Assembly: GCA_009602735.1 (NCBI GenBank)
Contig: WELA01002258.1
Location: forward strand, 753,220 to 790,404
From: Mesotaenium endlicherianum
Taxonomy: Eukaryota
Direction of reading: 5' to 3'
Length of the DNA: 37,185 nt
The notes below the pieces were generated by a model. That model saw nothing but the letters and a program-made list of their open reading frames with translations. It ran no database searches and was not told where the DNA came from. Positions 32,452 through 37,185 of the stretch are shown one piece after another. A program made the translations under genes and the position numbers. The stretch's first letter is position 1. Every line of letters starts with the position of its first letter.

Positions 32452-34152
32452 TCACTCCCCCGACAGAAAAAGCGACGCCTCGGCGCGTGAAGTCAGGTCT
32501 TACACACGTGGAGCAGACTAGAAAACAGCTTCAAGTCAGATGCCAAACATGTGAAGAAGATTAGTCAAAGGCGCCAAGTCAGGTGCTACACATGTAAGGT
32601 AGACTAGGCAAGGTCGTAGGTGGTGTGACCATATTGGCTAGCCTACTCCTTGATGATAAAGAAAATTGTGTAAGTTGGCCCAGAATCTGCCACAAATTCA
32701 AAAATTTAAAGCGTCCACAAAACTGCTCTAAATCTCAAAGTTCAAGAGCCAAATGGAGCGCGTCAAAGACCTCTATCGGGTCACCAAATTTGAGAGCATT
32801 CCAACTTCTGGAGTGTCGTTGAGAGCTGAGAGAGTAGGCACTCCTCCAAATCTATGCAGAAACTTCTGAAAATCATAAGTCCTATACTTCTCCAAATTTT
32901 GCAAAGTAAGTCTCTAAATGGGCGCTGTAAGATGTTCTACCATAGTCTTGAGTTTCAGAGCATTCCAAGTTCAAGGGAGGGCACAATGTCAGAAGGCATA
33001 TTCTGCCCTAATAATGCCGTTAATATTGCATTGTAGTCTCATGGTGTCACTGGCAAGTCCACGATGAGGTCCATGGAGATGTCTGTCCATTGTCTCTTGG
33101 GGATCGGTAGTGGTTGAAGAAGTCCTCTTGCCTTTTGTGATGATGGTTTGATTCTTTGGGATGTGTCGCAGCTCCTGCAGTACTCCTTGACTTGCCTAGA
33201 CATTCCTGGCCAGCAATAAGTCCTTACGAGCACGCTCCTGGTCTTTAATATTCCAAAGTGACCTCCAAGTGGGTTGTCGTGTGCTTCTCGAAGTAACAAG
33301 AGTCGTGGCTCTTGATTATTAGGCACGCATCTTTGTGCCGTGTCTTGTCTCACCCAATAGTTTCCTTCTTGCTTCTTTTGTGGGTCAAGGGCTGCCTCGC
33401 CATTCGTGTAATAAGGGTCCGCATCATAGGCGGCAGAAAATTGAGCTTCCAGATTTGTACTCAGGGATGTAACCACTGCATTTAATTGCAGTCTTGAGAG
33501 GGGGTCAGCAGGGTTCCTCTTGCCGAACTGGTATTGAATCGTGATGTTGTAGCACCGGGGATGTGGTCAATCTTTGCTTCAACTCTTGAATTGCCTCTTC
33601 CTCTTTCTTGGTCCATGTATATGACCTGTCCGTCTTGGGTAGATCAGTCAGGGGGCTTGCTATGTGCGAGAAGCTCTGAAAAAATCTCCTGTACCAATTG
33701 GCAAATCCCAAGAATGATTGGAGTTCTTTCTTAGTCGTGGAAGTTGGCCATTCGTCCACCACCGTGGTCTTCTTGGGGTCCATCTTGATGCCATCAGCAG
33801 TCACGTGGAGACCTAGAACTCCACTTCTTGGTTGGCAAACTCGCGCTTTGACTCCTTTGCAAATAGCTTGTTTTGCTTTAGGAATTTGACCACTTCTTTC
33901 ACGTGTCTTCCATGCTTTTCAAGGGTCGTGCTGTAAATGAGAATGTCGTCAATGAACATCGTCACAAATCTGTCCTGCAGGGGCTGAAATATGGTGTTCA
34001 TCATAGTCATGAAAGTTGCTGGTGCGTTGGTGAGTCCAAATGGTAAGACCATGAACTCAAAATGTCCATATCTTGTACTGAATGTCGTCTTCTCTATGTC
34101 CAGTTGTGCGATGCGAATTTGGTGGTAGCCGCTCCGTAAGTCAATCTTTGTG
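31950..34152 (-). mobile_element. Family-A copy A2: 3' LTR, PPT, 3' UTR and deleted pol fragments
   Basis: pol pieces at about 33015-34152 are homologous to A1 (INT HHCC and RT), with most of RH and the INT core deleted. PPT GGGGGAGTGA at 32452-32461. Confidence 0.92.
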
Positions 34153-36771
34153 CCACCTTGACAGGATGAGGGGCGCGACTGCTGACGGATATCGGCGCAG
34201 CATGCGCAGGTCTGGCAGATCCGTCTCCGCAGACATGCGAGGCTGCAGCGCTGCTGTAGCGCCAGGTGCCAGCCTCTGGGGCTGCCACGTGTCAGCATTG
34301 TGTCTATGCGCAGGAGCTGCGCAGACGCCAGCTGCCGGAGCTGAAGCGTCGTCGGCGGAGCGCGTGCGAAGAGGACTCCGCATGCGTCGTAACTGTCGGC
34401 GCAACGAGACCACGGAGTCTGGCAATCTCTGCATTGGCCTCCACGAAGGCGTCACTGACGTCGTCGAAATCGTAGTAATCAACTCCGGGAGTCAGTGCGG
34501 CGTCCCTTGTGGCCGTGGCTGCCGTCATCGAGGGGCGTCCACCCGTGCGAGGGTTACGCATGCCCCAAAGTCCTGCTGCGGGCGCAGGGCCGTCACGAGA
34601 GCGTCCATTCTCGACGTCCCGCTTCTTCTGCAGACATACAATCTACAGGTGGCCGGCCTTGCCACAGTAGGTATAGTCACCGGGCTTGCCATTTTGCGAA
34701 ATAGTGCAATTCTGGCAAGAGTGGCCCGCCTTCCCGCAAGACCAACAGGGGTCGCTCGTCGTGGTGGCCATGGAAATGCGGCCACGCGGAGCCTTGCAAT
34801 GCTGGGGTTGCTGGGACAGTTGAGAGCGCTGGGGCTGCTGCTGCTGCTGGGGCTGGCAAGGAGGATCTAAGCGCATCGTGGATGGTAGCATCAAAGACTC
34901 CTGACGTACGCCTGTGGATGCGAGGCCTACACGGTCGCTCATGTTGCTCCGTGCGGCGGCCAAGCTCTGCTTCTCGACTGAGAGGTAAGCGTCCTCCAGC
35001 GAGTACTCGGAACCGATGTGGTAGATGAGAGGAGCCGTGGCTCGCTCTCTCATACGTGGCTCTACGGCGTGCAAGAAGATCTCCGCTGCCTCCCGGTCAG
35101 TGACGGTACCAACGTCTCGGCGAAGGTGCGTCAAGCGGCGGTACATCATGCGGATCGTCTCGTTCTTGCGGTGAAAGAAGTGGTGCAACTCGTACACCTT
35201 CTCTTTGGACTCGGCCTGGAACTCCTTCCTGAGGACGTCCCAGAAGGCCTTGACCGGATCAACGAGGGGGGTCTCCACTGGGGTTTCCCCCACAGGCTCT
35301 GTGCGTGCGTAGATCTCGTCACCCTTCTCACGGAATGTGTCACAAGCCTCGTAGAGGAGATAGCGCATGATCGTATAGAACACGTCACGCTTAGTGAGCG
35401 CGGGCGTCTTAGGCCTCGCAATCACGAACTCAGCCTCGAACTCTGAGATTGTGTCGTCCAGATCACAGGTTCCTGGTCTGTCGCTGAAGCGGAAGAGGGA
35501 GGACCTGTCAGCCTTGACCTTGTGGTCACTTGCCATGGGATACCAGGTGAGCCCACTGGGAAGACGACTCAAGGACAATCATAGGAAGCACGATTGCCGG
35601 CTGCTTCCCTTCAGAGGGATCAGTGACAGTGTTGAGGTCGGAGTCTCAGTCTTCTCCACCAACCCCTTTGTAGTAAGGCTGGTAAGCACGCCCACTATGG
35701 GTAGGCATACGCTGAAGAATCTAAATGCGTGCAGGAAAAGAGAGATCTTTTTAGAAGTAAGGAGTGTGTACTCTCCATTCTCCGCACCTCAAGACTGTAA
35801 TCTGGTAGGAAAACAAATAATAAAGTCTGGCCTAAAAGATCATTGGAAGCACATCATGATCTTCAAGAGAAGTCCTATGGCAGAGGGTATAAGCTGTGAC
35901 TTTGCTCACCACTTGTGAAGTTCTTCTAGTGACTGGAAGCCAGCAAGGCTTGCTCTCCACAAAAGAGAGACTAAGTGGTCCTGAAAACACAAGAGATAAA
36001 AAGTGTAAGCTTTACTGATAACCTCTTTGACTTACAACTGGCATAATGGGACTTCCAGAAAGATGTTCCTCCTAGGGCCATCTCTAGTACTTATACTCCT
36101 GGAAACCCGGCGTCGTATGCGGCGGATCCAATGCATGTAGTCATTCTAGGAGGCTCTCCTATGTCCACTAATGTGTACAAGGCATGAACTAGCACTCCTA
36201 TAAGCTAAGCATAACTCAAAACAATCGAAGCAAAGCACGTAAAATATGCTAAGTGTCTCTCATTGGTGGAGTTTACCTTGGGTGGTTCTATCTTGATAGC
36301 GCCTCAAAAGTGAATCTGGAACTTGAGGAAGCTTCCTGTAGGGGTAGGTGATGCAGTCACCAAGTTATAGCCTCAATGATGCACTTATACTATTGAATTG
36401 CAAGACTTCTGTAGTCTAAAGGGCTCGCGGATTTGTGCGCACAAAGCTAGGGGTCCTGAGGGTCATGAATAGTCAACATTGTCACCTTTGGGTGCATTGA
36501 GTCACAAGTTGGCCATTTGGTGTGATTCCGCTAGGTGCCGAAAGGGGTGCGGACTAGATTGCGTCTATCTCGCTCGATAATTAACCAAATGACAAGAAAC
36601 CGGTGCCATTCGGAAGATGCTTTGACGCGCTACACTTTGGTGACTTGGAAATCTAGAGAAGGTCAACATATGGATGCATAAAGTCAATGCAAAGTTGGTC
36701 TTCCTAGATTAATGGTTCACACACGTAGAGCTTGGTTTTGTACGTCAACCTCAACTTAATACATCATGACA
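34153..36771 (-). mobile_element. Truncated LTR retrotransposon D (probable 5' LTR 35914-36771, leader, gag)
   Basis: gag-like ORF; candidate PBS TGGTGAGC (minus strand) 2 nt from the TGT at 35914; ...CATGACA end abuts family-A RT sequence at 36772; TATA-like motif on the minus strand near 36088-36095. Confidence 0.6.
34643..35578 (-). CDS. gag: gag-like protein with zinc knuckles (premature stop in the second knuckle)
   Basis: ETIRMMYRRL helix region, CWSCGKAGHSCQNC and YTYCGKAGHL*. Confidence 0.75.
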   Translation of the reverse strand: MSLSRLPSGLTWYPMASDHKVKADRSSLFRFSDRPGTCDLDDTISEFEAEFVIARPKTPALTKRDVFYTIMRYLLYEACDTFREKGDEIYARTEPVGETPVETPLVDPVKAFWDVLRKEFQAESKEKVYELHHFFHRKNETIRMMYRRLTHLRRDVGTVTDREAAEIFLHAVEPRMRERATAPLIYHIGSEYSLEDAYLSVEKQSLAAARSNMSDRVGLASTGVRQESLMLPSTMRLDPPCQPQQQQQPQRSQLSQQPQHCKAPRGRISMATTTSDPCWSCGKAGHSCQNCTISQNGKPGDYTYCGKAGHL

Positions 36772-36981
36772 CAAATCCCAAAAATGATTGGAGTTCTTTC
36801 TTGGTCGTGGGGGCTGGCCATTCCTCCACCACCGTGGTCTTCTTGGGGTCCATCTTGATGCCATCAGCAGTAACGTGGAGACCTAGGAACTCAACCTCTT
36901 GTTTGGCAAACTCGCACTTTAACTCCTTTGCAAATAGCTTGTTTTGCTTAAATACTTTGAGGACTTCTTTCAAGTGACTTG
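36772..36981 (-). pseudogene. Family-A RT fragment (copy A3)
   Basis: [21 protein letters not shown]...KELQSFLGF, nearly identical to 1745-1950. Confidence 0.92.
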
Positions 36982-37185
36982 TGTAGTGATTTGAGTTATT
37001 ATATATTAGTTTGCATATATTTTAATGTTTTCAAATATATTTGGAGTAGTATTGTGTGGAGTCAAGTGTGAATAGGTACTCTAGTAACTTGGTTCATGTC
37101 CTTTGAACCTTCCAAGGCATTTTCGAAGTTTGAGGAAAGACCTAGAAGAACTCCATGTGGCAAAAGTCAAATGTGCCATTTTTAG
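36982..37185 (+). repeat. Family-A LTR in the opposite orientation, truncated by the window edge
   Basis: Reverse complement of about 4820-5022, beginning TGTAGTGATTTG, inserted in the A3 RT. Confidence 0.95.

Noticed and set aside
32485..32610. Degenerate duplicated motif of about 40 bp (AAGTCAGGT..TACACA..AGACTAG)
   Set aside because: This is an ordinary repeat in a retrotransposon 3' UTR, with no evidence of a separate function.
34082..35918. Plus-strand ORFs of 142-262 aa
   Set aside because: They are antisense shadows of the GC-rich gag of element D.

Overview
Eukaryotic transposon nest with no recognisable intact host gene, RNA gene or CRISPR array. The host cannot be identified from the sequence; the element types are compatible with a non-seed plant or green alga (inference only). 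Most of the window is built on one old Ty3/Gypsy chromovirus, here called C. A piggyBac inserted at a TTAA in the RT of C. A related chromovirus, B, inserted into that piggyBac and in turn carries a near-intact family-A Gypsy element, a family-A solo LTR and a 3.6-kb non-autonomous hAT element with an 8-bp TSD. A transposase-encoding hAT inserted into the integrase of C and was itself hit by Gypsy elements E and A2. The right half of the C/hAT junction is inverted relative to the left half. The most notable observations are: (1) an intact, unrecognised 532-aa third ORF after the chromodomain of B, bracketed by a duplicated hairpin+PPT motif and preceded by a branch point and splice acceptor; (2) the inversion, revealed by a split TSD; (3) -1 frameshift signals at gag/pol junctions; (4) a possible captured zinc-finger exon inside the non-autonomous hAT; (5) a piggyBac relic.
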